DNA of 64,000 nt from Atractiella rhizophila (lineage: Eukaryota). This document shows positions 26,687-38,369 of this stretch, one piece after another. The stretch spans positions 1-64,000 of the forward strand of contig MU271405.1 of assembly GCA_021432655.1 (NCBI GenBank). The letters are read 5' to 3'. Each line of letters opens with the position of its first letter. The first letter of the stretch is position 1. Below the pieces are notes generated by a model. That model saw only the letters and a program-made list of their open reading frames with translations. It was not told the DNA's origin and did no database searches. Position numbers and translations under genes: made by a program.

Positions 26687-29600
26687 TTTGCCAGGCTTCT
26701 GAGTCTTCGAACGCCCAAATGGCAGCGAGCAAGAGCCCATCAACTTGAGAATGCGAGAGTTGTTGAAACAAGCCTGGTGCCTGCCGTTCCAATAAACCAC
26801 AGAGAAGAGTTGCTCCGTCAAAATACTTCTGACCTTGACTTCGCGAATTCTCCAAATGGCGGGAGGTCTGATTTTGAGGCCAACCCCCTTTCCCCTTTAC
26901 GGTAACGTGAGAATTGGGTATGAAACGATGCGCTGCTGAGAAGGCGAGAGCTGGCTGCCTGAAGAAGGAGAGTGATGGTTTTTGACTGCTGAGTTTGTTG
27001 ACATGTGAATTAACCGGCTTCAACTTTCCGCTGTTTGGGGACCACGACACCCTTGATTGGCACTGCAATCTCTGACAATTTGCTCAACTTACCTTTTGAC
27101 CTTGTTTGATTGTACAAAAGATCGTGAAAAGCCAATTCATTCATTTCTTTACGATAACAGAATTCTTTGACGAAATGGCTGGGTTGAAAAAGCTTGTTAC
27201 CACGGATCTGGGATTAACAAAGAGGATTGGAAGGCTCATCCCTTTCAGCCTGGATTTCGGTTGAACAAATTGCAGAAACAAGGTAAGAAAGTAGGTGTTC
27301 CGTTCGCTTCATTTTGGTTTTGTCCAGTTAGAAGGGATTTCAATGGGTTTGCATGTGCATCACATCCACGGGCGGGCTTGTGATTTGGGCCACTGGCGGA
27401 GGTTCACCTGCCAATCTTGCAATCTTGCGTTCACCAAAACGTTGATTGCTCATTCGTGGCGGTCGTGATACGGGCTGTCTATCCTCTAATATTAATAGCC
27501 AAACCATGATAGAGAGTGTGCCCTGTCGAGCTGTCACGGGCTGAGGAACATTTATCAGGGCTGATTTCAGTTGGTGTGTGAATGGACAAGCTACAACAGA
27601 TAAATAAACTGATCTTTGGATCGAAACCGAAGAGCTCCTGGATGAACTGATGCGCCGATTTTCGTTCGCAAAATGGCACAATATTCACGAGGCGAACGAG
27701 GGGGATACAAGTCAATCAAGGCACGCTGGTTAAGCTGTGAGGATGAAGAACCTGAAAGTGCCGCAAGGATGAAGTAACATTCGACCACGAGTAAGGATCG
27801 ACACGTGAAAGGTAATTTGAGGGTCATCCATTGATCACTCTGCTTCTACGCAGCTTCCAGACTGCTTCGTTGGTTTGCGACTGGGTGGTCACTCAATACA
27901 GGTTTGTTTGTTTAGAACTTTCGCCCTGCTCAGATCTGCAATGATAACACTCCCGTTATTTGATAAGGCTAGGATACGAGCAGAAAACGTTTAATAGGCT
28001 TTATGGGGAAGTCGGTTAGGTGGTCACCGTCGCACCGTTGGGATAGCAAGTTGTGATCCCCCGTCAATCTATGAGCGGCTCTATTTTGTTAAAGGTATCA
28101 TGGGGAGTGAAAAAGCAAGTCTTCAGCTACAGGCTATTCCTCATCGCCAAAGTGAAACAACTTGCGACCAACCTGGAGGAACCAATTTTTCACCTCTAGT
28201 TGCAAATAATAACGATATGGAAGGAACAGCAACCGGGCTTCAGGCCTCATCGAAAAAAATTGGAATGAGAGAGTTAGGGCCATGGAGACGGCGTGTGGAT
28301 AGATAAATTTACGGGAGGCATCACCAGTGGCGGTTTAAAGGAGGATATTCACTCAGAGTCACGTGCATGGTAAGCCACTCATGAAACTAAGCAATCTCTA
28401 TCATCATGATGAACAGTTGGCTATTATCTCACGGAACATGAGAAAGCATCCTTATGGAATGTCTTCAATGCAAGGAGACTAGAGCATTGTGCTAGTAATG
28501 TCACAGACATGAAAATTAAAGATAATAGTCGTCGTTCAGCAGCACAAAGTCTGAATTATACTGCTTTGAGGGCTTGCAATATCGAATATTGTGTGTGGCA
28601 ATCGACAACGCCTTGCTACAACTTCCGCACCGCGAAAGGAGCTAATAAGAAGTCAAGAGGAGCACGCGGCTTATCTCGTCTGAGCTTGTCGGATACAACA
28701 CCAGATGTTGCTGAGCCAAAGGTATACACAATTTCCGCTCTACAGATCAGGGACAGACCCACCTGACCAAATGACTGAGCCACTAGCTCTATTTCTTCTT
28801 CTTTTTCTTCTTTCCACCTCCACCTCCACCTCCACCCATAACAGCTTGCCCTGCCGTAACTCCTGCGCCAGAAGGTGTTGGTGTGGCTGAGGTTGATCCT
28901 GACGGTAGAGTCGTAGGAAGGGGATCATCAACCTCTCGGTTCTGCATTGCTGCTGTAAAGCGTTTGGTGAGGGTGTCAAATCGGTTAAGAAAGATGGCGG
29001 AGTAAGTTTTGAACTTGAGACACTACCCAAGCATACATTGATAGGTGAATGGAAGGATTGAAGAAAGAAGGAAGAACACAAACTGTGGTGTCGTCTGTCA
29101 CTTTTAAGACGAGGAGAGAGCGTGTGTGCCGGTAGCGGATGCAGTATCGTGTCTACCAGCCCAATTAGCCTATAGTGACACAGTCTCGCGGAAGCGCCGA
29201 CAATATCAGCCACCATCGACCATTTTCTACAAATGTACCACAATGGAAAGACTTACCCGTGTGGGATTTTCGTTATAAAGCGCAAGTGCGCGCACACAAA
29301 ATTCATCCCACTTCGTGATATACACCATCTCCCTCCCTGATCTGATTCGTAGCTAAGCTATGTTCTGCTGAGCATGAACGAGTCGTGCGTCTTGCAAAGC
29401 CAAAAGTCTAGATCTTAGCGACCCTAACCCTAGTCAGAGCAACCAACTTCTACCTTGGAGGGACAAAAGACGGTGTCAGTCGGAATCGAAGGAAAGGGTA
29501 TATCAAGGGGAGAAGAACAACAAGAGCAGCAGCGGTGTGTTTCTCCTTTACGATTAATCCTGGGCAACGAGTTGAGACAAGTTAGCGATACAACGATGGC

Positions 29601-29715
29601 AGAAACGAGTTCTCATAGGGCAATCAATGATTTGTTAGGGAACGCTCCCGCACTTCCAGCTTCCCAATCACACTGGAGGACTTTGGAAGAGTTCAAGTAC
29701 GCCTTCCAATACGAT

Positions 29716-31491
29716 GAATCGTGAACTGTACAGCGTTCGACATGTTTTCCGGCAGCCCAGAATTGTTGCCAGGGTTCTCCTCATATAACGCGGAAACCAT
29801 TTCGTAATCCTACATCCTTGCCGCGGGAAGGAGCCGATATTGATGGCATGGTCTCTTTCTGTTCCATAATACTAAAAGCAGGTTCAAATGAGATAATCAA
29901 TCTCACACTATCCTCTCAAAATGTAAAATACCAGAGCTTAAGTCTCAGAGGCGAGATTTTGAGTGCAACGACAGCGATAAAAGTCGAGGGAATCTACTGC
30001 TGAGGTGGCGAGATGCGACTTTGTCTTTGCCTTCCGAGAGAGATAGGTGCTCCGGAAAAGACTCCGAAGTATTTACGAAGACGTTTAAGTTCCATGGGGC
30101 GCTGAAGATAACTTCAGTCATAAAGGTCGAACTGAGCTGTTTATTGTTAAATTATGCTGCACAGAGAGCACAGTATGTCTGTCAGGAAGAAGGCAGTTTT
30201 GGTTAGACGATCTGGGCCAGTAAGCACAGCCTACACTCGTCGTCTAGATTAGTATCCATAGATAAAAAGTTTAGGTGGATAAAGGACGTTGGAGGGGAAA
30301 AAATGAAATCCTCTCGGAAGAGGAGTCGAACCTCTATCAACTGCCAGACAAGCAGGTATCCTGACCGTTAGACCATCCGAGACCTTGTTGACATTATAAT
30401 AATCGAATCTCAAAAAATAAAGAGACTTGAGGACACAATGCCTCGGTGGACTTCGGTTTATTTCCTCCCTCGTGGCATTCGTTTTTCCTCATCCCTTGAC
30501 TCACAGAGATACTTTTACAAGACTATGAAGGATATGGGAGCGAACCAGACCGCAAAAGATCAACAGTCCCATTAACAAAATCCAGGGGACATCACATATG
30601 CAAAAAGCGAATGGAAGCGACAAACTTCTGAGCTGCAAGTCGCTTCAACAAAGCAATATACACAGGAATAATGGAAGAGAATTTATCCAGTTTGAATAAG
30701 GAGAAGATGCTTGCAAAGGTTCGAAGGCAGCCAATTTAATGTCACGTGACTAGCTATCAGAACAGCTTTCGATGCTTTTCTCATGCTTTCTAGAAGGTCT
30801 GCAGGATCAATATTCGCAATTTCTCACTGGAAGTGTAGCCTCTCATGGCTGTGGAAACGCAGGTGAAAGTGGTCGGTCGCAACCCGGCCCTTGTGTTGTG
30901 GAACAATTGTTCGGAACCTTAAGCTGCGTCCACATTGGTTCGACCATCCCATTCTGAGCGGCTCATCCTGGCGTCTCGAGGCTTCTGCAAGTAAATATTA
31001 GATCAGTTATACCGTGTTCATCTTCAGTTCAAGGGGGAGATAATCATCTCAACTTTCTAACCATTCAGGTGTGTGGTTCCCTCGAAAATTCCGATTCAAA
31101 AAGGGTCTCACTCCTTCCGCAACTCGCGCTTCTTTTCAACGTTTCCACCCCAAAAGGCACACACTCCTTCATCTTTCAGAATCTCTTAACCTGGTTTTTT
31201 TTTGGTGTTTCTGCTTCCTCAAATTTATCAACTTCTTGAGCTGGGATATCCACCGTAATGTCCGAACCAGCCGCTTCCACCTCCACTCCAGAAACAGACG
31301 GGGCCCCAAGCGCAGTATGTCCCTTCTCTCTCATACATGCACTCACACTGAGTCAATGGATAGGCCGCGGCGTCGATCATCACCCAGGTGTCCGCTCAAA
31401 ATGCGTTTGCGCCTCGTCCAGTTCGCCCCACAAAACAACAAAGCAAGAAGAAAGTTCCCAAGAAGAAAGCCGCCGAGCCTGCTTCCCCAGC
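29716..31491. repeat. Copy 1 of a ~1.78-kb duplication (copy 2 at 32939-34718) carrying the GNAT start, tRNA-Asp and the 5' end of the Psr1-like gene
   Basis: Direct alignment. The left ~1.1 kb has scattered SNPs and indels, while the right ~0.7 kb appears identical. Confidence 0.95.
30311..30382 (-). tRNA. tRNA-Asp(GTC), copy 1
   Basis: TCTCGGA/TCCGAGA acceptor stem, D arm GTCT-AACGGTCA-GGAT, anticodon loop TTGTCTG, T arm AGAGG-TTCGACT-CCTCT, G discriminator, 72 nt, downstream T-run terminator. Confidence 0.88.
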
Positions 31492-32113
31492 AGATCGGCA
31501 AACCAGCTTGTTCTCGGCTCCTACGTCCCCAACCTCATTATCGTCCATCTCTTCACCATCTGTCTCAACCACTGGACCTCTCGACTCCTGGCTTTCCTAC
31601 GACTTCCAGCCTTTCCCTCTCTCCAAACATGCTGCCTTCTTCAAACAAGAGGGAATAGAAGACCCCTACGTCTTTCTTACGCTCTCAAGTGCCGAGCTGG
31701 AAGATTACTTTTCTAAAGTACCCTCCACCATGATTGGCGGCTTCGACAAACGGCGTATCCTGTATAAAATCGACGCTGTGCGAGATGGAAAAGCGGAGTT
31801 CAAATTTGGTCCAGAAGCGTCAGCCTCCACAGATACCCCAACGACCCTCGATCCCTCCCTCGTGATCGAGACAAGTTCACCAACCAGCACCGTCCTATCA
31901 AGCAGAAATCGCGAAAATAGTCCCTCACATACGACTCAAAGTATCAGTTTGATGACACCTCATACTCATGCTACTCATCCTGTACCCGCGCCAGCGAGCG
32001 ATAATGGAGATATACCAGTCTCCGCATCGTTATCACAACCGGCCACCTCGTCGAATAACATTTATCCACCGAGCGATTACAGCTGGTTTGCACAGAATCA
32101 TGCACCTTCCTGA
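31492..32113 (+). CDS. 3' part of a SAM-like domain protein, apparently fused in frame to the duplicated Psr1 N-terminus (ORF 31388-32113)
   Basis: LDSWLSYDFQPFPLSKHAAFFKQEGIEDPYVFLTLSSAELEDYF...GGFDKRRILYKIDAVR follows the sterile alpha motif pattern, flanked by Ser/Thr/Pro-rich sequence. Confidence 0.55.
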
Positions 32114-32300
32114 TGCCAGTGGGCTTCGTTCGCAACGAGTTCTGTCAGTTCCTGCCTTGTTCATTTCTCCAGGTGTAAAAAGATCAAAATGTGCATAAGG
32201 TGTTTCATTTCTACTTGAAAATTCCAAAAATGATCGATTCACTGGCATGTCAGGCCGCGCCTTTTGATATTTATGCCTAACATGGTATGAGCTCCGCGTG

Positions 32301-32966
32301 TCATGAAAGCAATAAACCAACCAGCCGTTCCGCAACCCAGCCACTCCGCAGGTCTACCTCCTCGCCTCCTTGCCCAGTCTCCCCATTTGCTTTCCAAGCT
32401 TCCCTAAGTGTACACAGTCCAGATTGCTCGAAGCCGACTGCTCCAAACAATTTCTTCGCAGCTTCGTTCGTCGGCTTCACCATCGTCCTCAACAGCGCTT
32501 CTCCAGCCGAATCCTTTTTCGCCACTTCTGCAGCCCCTTCAATGAGCAAGCGAGCAAGCCCTTTCCCACGCGCGGAGGGTAAAACGTAAAGGGAGGAGAG
32601 CTGATAATTTTTGTCTTTCCTCGTCGCAGAAGGCTGGAACGAAGACAGATGTGGGAGGAAATATTCTTCGTCTTTCATTGGGCCAACGAGCACGATTTGG
32701 CCCAGCCAGTCTGTGTTCGCGTCCAAGGCATTCGAAGTTGACGAGGATGTGGCGAAAGCAACCAGGATCACACGGTCGCTCTTGGAATAGCGACTAAGCC
32801 AGTCCTGCTCCGAGAAAGCTGCTTCGACTTCGTGAGTTGAGGAAAAGGAACCAGGTGAGGCGAGCAGAGAAGCGAGGCGGAAATTACGCAGCTGAGGGAG
32901 CAGATGGAGGAGAGAGGAATGATCTCGAGGGAGAGGCAGAATCGTGAACTGTGCAGCGTTCGACAT
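32301..32966 (-). CDS. GNAT family N-acetyltransferase, intronless
   Basis: RNFRLASLLASPGSFSSTHEVE, acetyl-CoA motif A LSSLYVLPSARGKGLARLLI, motif B VKPTNEAAKKLFGAVGF. Confidence 0.88.
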   Translation of the reverse strand: MSNAAQFTILPLPRDHSSLLHLLPQLRNFRLASLLASPGSFSSTHEVEAAFSEQDWLSRYSKSDRVILVAFATSSSTSNALDANTDWLGQIVLVGPMKDEEYFLPHLSSFQPSATRKDKNYQLSSLYVLPSARGKGLARLLIEGAAEVAKKDSAGEALLRTMVKPTNEAAKKLFGAVGFEQSGLCTLREAWKANGETGQGGEEVDLRSGWVAERLVGLLLS

Positions 32967-34718
32967 GTTTTCCGGCAGCTCAGAATTGTTGCCAGGGTTC
33001 TCCTCATATAACGCGGAAACCATTTCGTAATCATACATCCTTGCCGCGGGAAGGAGCCGACATTGATGGCATGCTCTCTTTCTGTTCCATAATACTAAAA
33101 GCAGGTTCAAATGAGATAATCAATCTCATACTATCCTCTCAAAATGTAAAATACCAGAGCTTATGTTTCAGAGGCGAGATTTTGAGTGCCACGACAGCGA
33201 TAAAAGTAGAAGAATCTACTGCTGAGGTGGCGAGATGCGAGTTTGTCTTTGCCTTCCGAGAGAGATACGTGCTCCGGAAAAGACTCCGAAGTATTTATGA
33301 AGATGTTTAAGTTCCATGGGGTGCTGAAGATAACTTCAATCATACACGTCGAACTGAGCTGTTCATTGTTAAATTACGCTGCACAGAGAGCATGGAATGT
33401 CTGTCAGGAAGAAGGCAGTTTTGGTTAGACGATTTGGGCCACTAAGTACAGCCTACAGTCGTCGTCTAGATCAGTATCCATAGATAAAAAGTTTAGGTAG
33501 ATAAAGGACGTTGGAGGGGAAAAAATGAAGTCCTCTCGGAAGAGGAGTCGAACCTCTATCAACTGCCAGACAAGCAGGTATCCTGACCGTTAGACCATCC
33601 GAGACCTCGTTGACATTACAACAATCGAATCTCAAAAAATAAAGAGACTTTGGGGACACAATGCCTCGGTGGACTTCGGTTTATTTCCTCCCTCGTGGCA
33701 TTCGTTTTTCTTCATCCCTTGACTCACAGAGATACTTTTACAAGGCTATGCAGGAGCAGGACATGGGAGCGAACCAGACCGCAAAGGATCAACAGTCCCA
33801 TTAACAAAATCCAGGGGACATCACATATGCAAAAAGCGAATGGAAGCGATAAACTTCTGAGCTGCAAGTCGCTTCAACAAAGCAATATACACAGAAATAA
33901 TGGAAGAGAATTCATCCAGTTTGAATAAGGAGAAGATGCTTGCAAAGGTTCGAAGGCCAATTTAAATGTCACGTGACTATCTGTCAGAACAGCTTTCGAT
34001 GCTTTTCTCATGCTTTCTAGGCAGTCTGCAGGATCAATATTCGCAATTTCTCACTGGAAGTGTAGCCTCTCATGGCTGTGGAAACGCAGGTGAAAGTGGT
34101 CGGTCGCAACCCGGCCCTTGTGTTGTGGAACAATTGTTCGGAACCTTAAGCTGCGTCCACATTGGTTCGACCATCCCATTCTGAGCGGCTCATCCTGGCG
34201 TCTCGAGGCTTCTGCAAGTAAATATTAGATCAGTTATACCGTGTTCATCTTCAGTTCAAGGGGGAGATAATCATCTCAACTTTCTAACCATTCAGGTGTG
34301 TGGTTCCCTCGAAAATTCCGATTCAAAAAGGGTCTCACTCCTTCCGCAACTCGCGCTTCTTTTCAACGTTTCCACCCCAAAAGGCACACACTCCTTCATC
34401 TTTCAGAATCTCTTAACCTGGTTTTTTTTTGGTGTTTCTGCTTCCTCAAATTTATCAACTTCTTGAGCTGGGATATCCACCGTAATGTCCGAACCAGCCG
34501 CTTCCACCTCCACTCCAGAAACAGACGGGGCCCCAAGCGCAGTATGTCCCTTCTCTCTCATACATGCACTCACACTGAGTCAATGGATAGGCCGCGGCGT
34601 CGATCATCACCCAGGTGTCCGCTCAAAATGCGTTTGCGCCTCGTCCAGTTCGCCCCACAAAACAACAAAGCAAGAAGAAAGTTCCCAAGAAGAAAGCCGC
34701 CGAGCCTGCTTCCCCAGC
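32939..34718. repeat. Copy 2 of the ~1.78-kb duplication (continuous with the intact GNAT and Psr1-like genes)
   Basis: Direct alignment to 29716-31491. Confidence 0.95.
33533..33604 (-). tRNA. tRNA-Asp(GTC), copy 2
   Basis: Same 72-nt cloverleaf as 30311-30382, with a downstream T-run. Confidence 0.88.
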
Positions 34719-36251
34719 CTCTGCTCCTGCTCCCAGCGATGCCCCTGTCGTGGACGAGAAACATCCTGTCGACCCTTCCGCTGCCACCGCCGTCGAAACC
34801 GGAGAAGAGACGACTACTAGGTCCTCTGAGACTAGAGTTGGGAAGGATGCAGCGCCGGTTTCAGAGAAGGAAAAACCTGAGGCAGAGAAAGAGAATAGGT
34901 TGAGGAAAGCTACCAAGCCTTCGAAGACGGCAACGCCAGCGAAGAAGAGAAAGGGAGGACTTGCAAAGTTCTTCGCTATCATTATCCCCTGCGTCGGTTC
35001 AACTGCGGCTCATGGACCCCCAGAGGAGTTTCTTGACATGTCGGACACTTCCTCTGATGCAGCTCGCCCATCTAGTACCGGAGAGAAGGTGGCCACAAAG
35101 GAAGCGGCTCCTCCAACTCCAGCGAAAGAACATAAGGAGGCGCCACCAGCTCCGCCATCCAAGGACGCATCGAGACGAAGCTCCGCTCCCAAAGAACCCA
35201 TACAAGCCGATACCGAACACGCTGCCGAAGCACTGGCGGCTACGACCAGTGGAGGACAAGTCAGTCCTGGTGTGGTTCTCCCAAAGGATGAGACGGGAGG
35301 TGTCATGAGCTCAGATGTTGTGCCCATCGGGAAAGGAACAGTTGTAGCTGGAGGAGCCGCGACGGATGAGGAGAAAGATGAAAGCGAAGGAGACGATGGT
35401 GATATGGAAGAGGAGGAAGACGAAGAAGACGAGGAAGACCTCATCCTTAAGGGAGGCTTGGGAATACCGATTGGACCAGATGGACAGCCAAGACCTCTGC
35501 TGAAAGAGATAACGCCGAGCGATGCTGGACGGAAGTGCTTGGTTCTTGATCTAGATGAAACTCTGGTGCACAGCAGCTTCAAGGTGCGTTCATTGTTCTA
35601 ATTGTGGAACAGAAAAAGTTGACGAGAAATACAGATGATGCCCCGTGCTGATTTCGTCGTCCCTGTTGAGATCGAGAAACAAGTCCACAACGTCTATGTC
35701 GTCAAGCGGCCGGGAGTTGATCGTGCGCTTGCTCCGTTCCCAACATTTTTGTCTAATGATGGGCATTAGAGTTCCTGAAGGAGATGGGACAACTGTACGA
35801 GGTCGTCGTTTTCACCGCTTCCCTTTCGATGGTGTGTTCTTCAATTCTTTCACCATATTTCGACGAGTCTAACCTTGGTCATGTTTAGTATGCGGATCCC
35901 GTTCTGGACATGCTCGACGTACATCGCGTAGTTAAATACCGCCTATTCCGCGAGTCTTGCTACAACCACCACGGCTCATACGTCAAAGATCTTTCACAAT
36001 TGGGTCGACCCCTTGGAAGCAGCCTCATAATCGATAATAGTCCTGCCTGCTACATGTTTCACCCTAATAACGCTGTGCCGGTCTCGAGTTGGTTCAACGA
36101 CCCTCACGATACCGAACTGACAGATTTAACCGCTGTGCGTCATCCTCTCTTCGCCCTCAAAGATAGCGTGGACTAACGCGTTGTTGGGACTAGTTTTTGA
36201 CTGATTTAACTATGGTTGATGATGTGAGGGCAGTGTTGGACGGCGGCCTGA
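34485..36251 (+). CDS. PSR1: FCP1/SCP1-type (NIF domain) HAD phosphatase, Psr1/Psr2-like, multi-exon
   Basis: [68 protein letters not shown]. Confidence 0.92.
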
Positions 36252-38369
36252 ATTAGGCAGGGCAACTTCGATCCATGAAGTTTGACCTCAGCCAGCTGGC
36301 TGTAAATACCTTTCTCTTTGTCGGTACTCTTGAAATTAACTTATTTTCGCTGTCTGCAGATCCTTCCCTCCGTGCCCGTCCCACTGAGACATGCCGTGCG
36401 ACACAGCGTGATTTGAACATAAAGGAAGAGATGAGGGATGAAAAGTGAAGATGACCTTCTCCAGGTTTAATACCGAACAAAACAATAATTTTCATCGACT
36501 TTGATTCACAATTTTGAGGAATTTTTTCCAGTTTACTTCAGTCTCCTTCTTCATTCCATCTCAACACAGTACAATCATTTACTTTCCTCCATCCCAAGAG
36601 TTCAAACGAGAGAGATATCGGGCATATTTTCGAGCTGAAATGGACTCCGTCCACATTGGTTTAGCGGTGATTCATCAGTACCTTATCGTTCTTTATTTGG
36701 CAACAGTTTCTCATTGGCTTCTCATATCTCTTTTCTTCTACTGGCTTCTTCTCTTCCTACGATGATACCCTGTGTCTGATTTCACGTCCCCATACCTATC
36801 TAAATACGAATCCTCGGTTCAAACCAACTCATCAGCATTGTTAAGCGACGACTATTTCTGAGGATAAAACCGAACAAGCAGAAGCGAGATGTGATGCTCC
36901 GGGAAGTAATTTTGGAGCGGAAGCCAAACCTGCGATGATATTGCGTTCTCATCAACGAAACCAGTGGTTTGCTGCTGTGTCATCATTAAAACTGAACAAC
37001 TTGAACATCACTGCAGACCTGCAGAGATGGTTTAGGATTGCCGAGTTGACTTCGAGCATTCTCCTTATTCGCAGCAGTAGGTGAAAGCTTGAACTTCAGA
37101 TTCAGGTGAGCAACCCATTCAGGTTCGATATCCTCTCTTCAGCAATTTCAAACATTAAAGATTTGTTGTCATCCGTGCCGAAAGCCAGCACGGTTGACAG
37201 AAGAAGGCTCCCCGAGCCTTAATACCTTTCGCACGTACTCCTTGGAATTGCCCTCCTGCTTCATTACGCATGAGTAGTTGAATGATCATAATCTAAGCGA
37301 TGTAGTAGAAAAGCCCTGTGAGAGTACATTGGATCCACACTTGTTGCTTGTTATAGTGGGGCATGTTTTTTGATGTGAACCAATCCCAGTCGTTGTCACA
37401 CCTTCAGTTGAGAGGTTGAAACAACACCTCGCTTCCATTTCTCTCTGGAGTTAGCTTCGTACTCAAACAGCCATCATTCTTGGTGTCGTGAAACTTGATG
37501 CTTGAGTCTTGAGGGCTGGCGGGGTTAAATGTCAGGATACCTTTGACTTTGATCAGCCTCCGATTGAAGATTCAGTAAAAAGACGTGTTCGAGGTATCCT
37601 TCTGCTAGTTTTCTGCTGTTAACGTCATTTTGAACTTCCCTGAGAACGATCACGGCAACAAATCCGATCACTTTTCCTTTCTGATCTTGTTGGACTGATG
37701 CTGTGGTTCTATCCTCGTTTTTACCATAATAATCGTATGATACAGGGATGATGCATTTGCGCTTGATGTAAAGACATATTGATGCCTTTAAGAACCTCCA
37801 CACTTTCGAAAGCTATTTGTCGCTTTTGCAGGCCAAGCGTCGGCTACTCCTCTTTATGAATTTCGCTCCGCTTTAGAACATGTTCTGCTATCGTAAGTGG
37901 TAAGCGTGCAGAGAACTCGATCAGGCTAGATACGTTTGTCCACGCACTTGCGAGGGTCTGCCGGCGGAGACTGCAGATTCTGGATTGGAACTTGGAAGCT
38001 CAAGATGATCTCGCCGGTTGTCCCACTGACCATCCGAGCATCGAAGAACGAGCAGTTGGAAAACTCTAGTCGTAGCGCGGCGGAGAGCACGTATAATAAG
38101 TGGTTTGAGGATCAGGGGAAGGAGATGGGGTCAAATTTCAGGCTGCATATCAAGGGGAGCAAGTAGAAAAGACGGCTTGACGTCCCTTTGCATCTTTTGG
38201 CTGTCTGATTCTTGTGTCTAGTAATGAGCCTCTCTGATCCTCTTGCACCTTCTTCAAGCGTTGGACCTACTCTGTCTAACCATTTCACACTGAGTGAAGA
38301 GGATGACACAGGCTTCCCTATCTTCCGTTTACCCCTGCAAGCTGTACGATCCCTTTTCTCAGCTTCAAC

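Noticed and set aside
26163..26718. ORFs 26163-26552 and 26425-26718 as separate genes
   Set aside because: They are products of the 258-bp tandem duplication of the neighbouring gene's 5' end.
29422..29433. Telomere-like CCCTAACCCTAG
   Set aside because: Fewer than two perfect units, which is compatible with chance or a promoter motif rather than an interstitial telomere.
29716..30800. RIP-like mutation between duplicate copies
   Set aside because: Differences include transversions and indels with no one-directional C-to-T bias. They look like ordinary polymorphism.
31492..33604. tRNA-targeted integrated element or LTR element (direct repeats flanking a GNAT cargo)
   Set aside because: The repeats contain host gene pieces, with no TG...CA ends, TSD, integrase or RT. 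Haplotype overlap or local duplication explains it better.
36300..38340. Short ORFs such as 37525-37803 (-) in the interval after Psr1
   Set aside because: No recognisable motif or consistent exon chain. They may be a degenerate gene but I cannot support a call.
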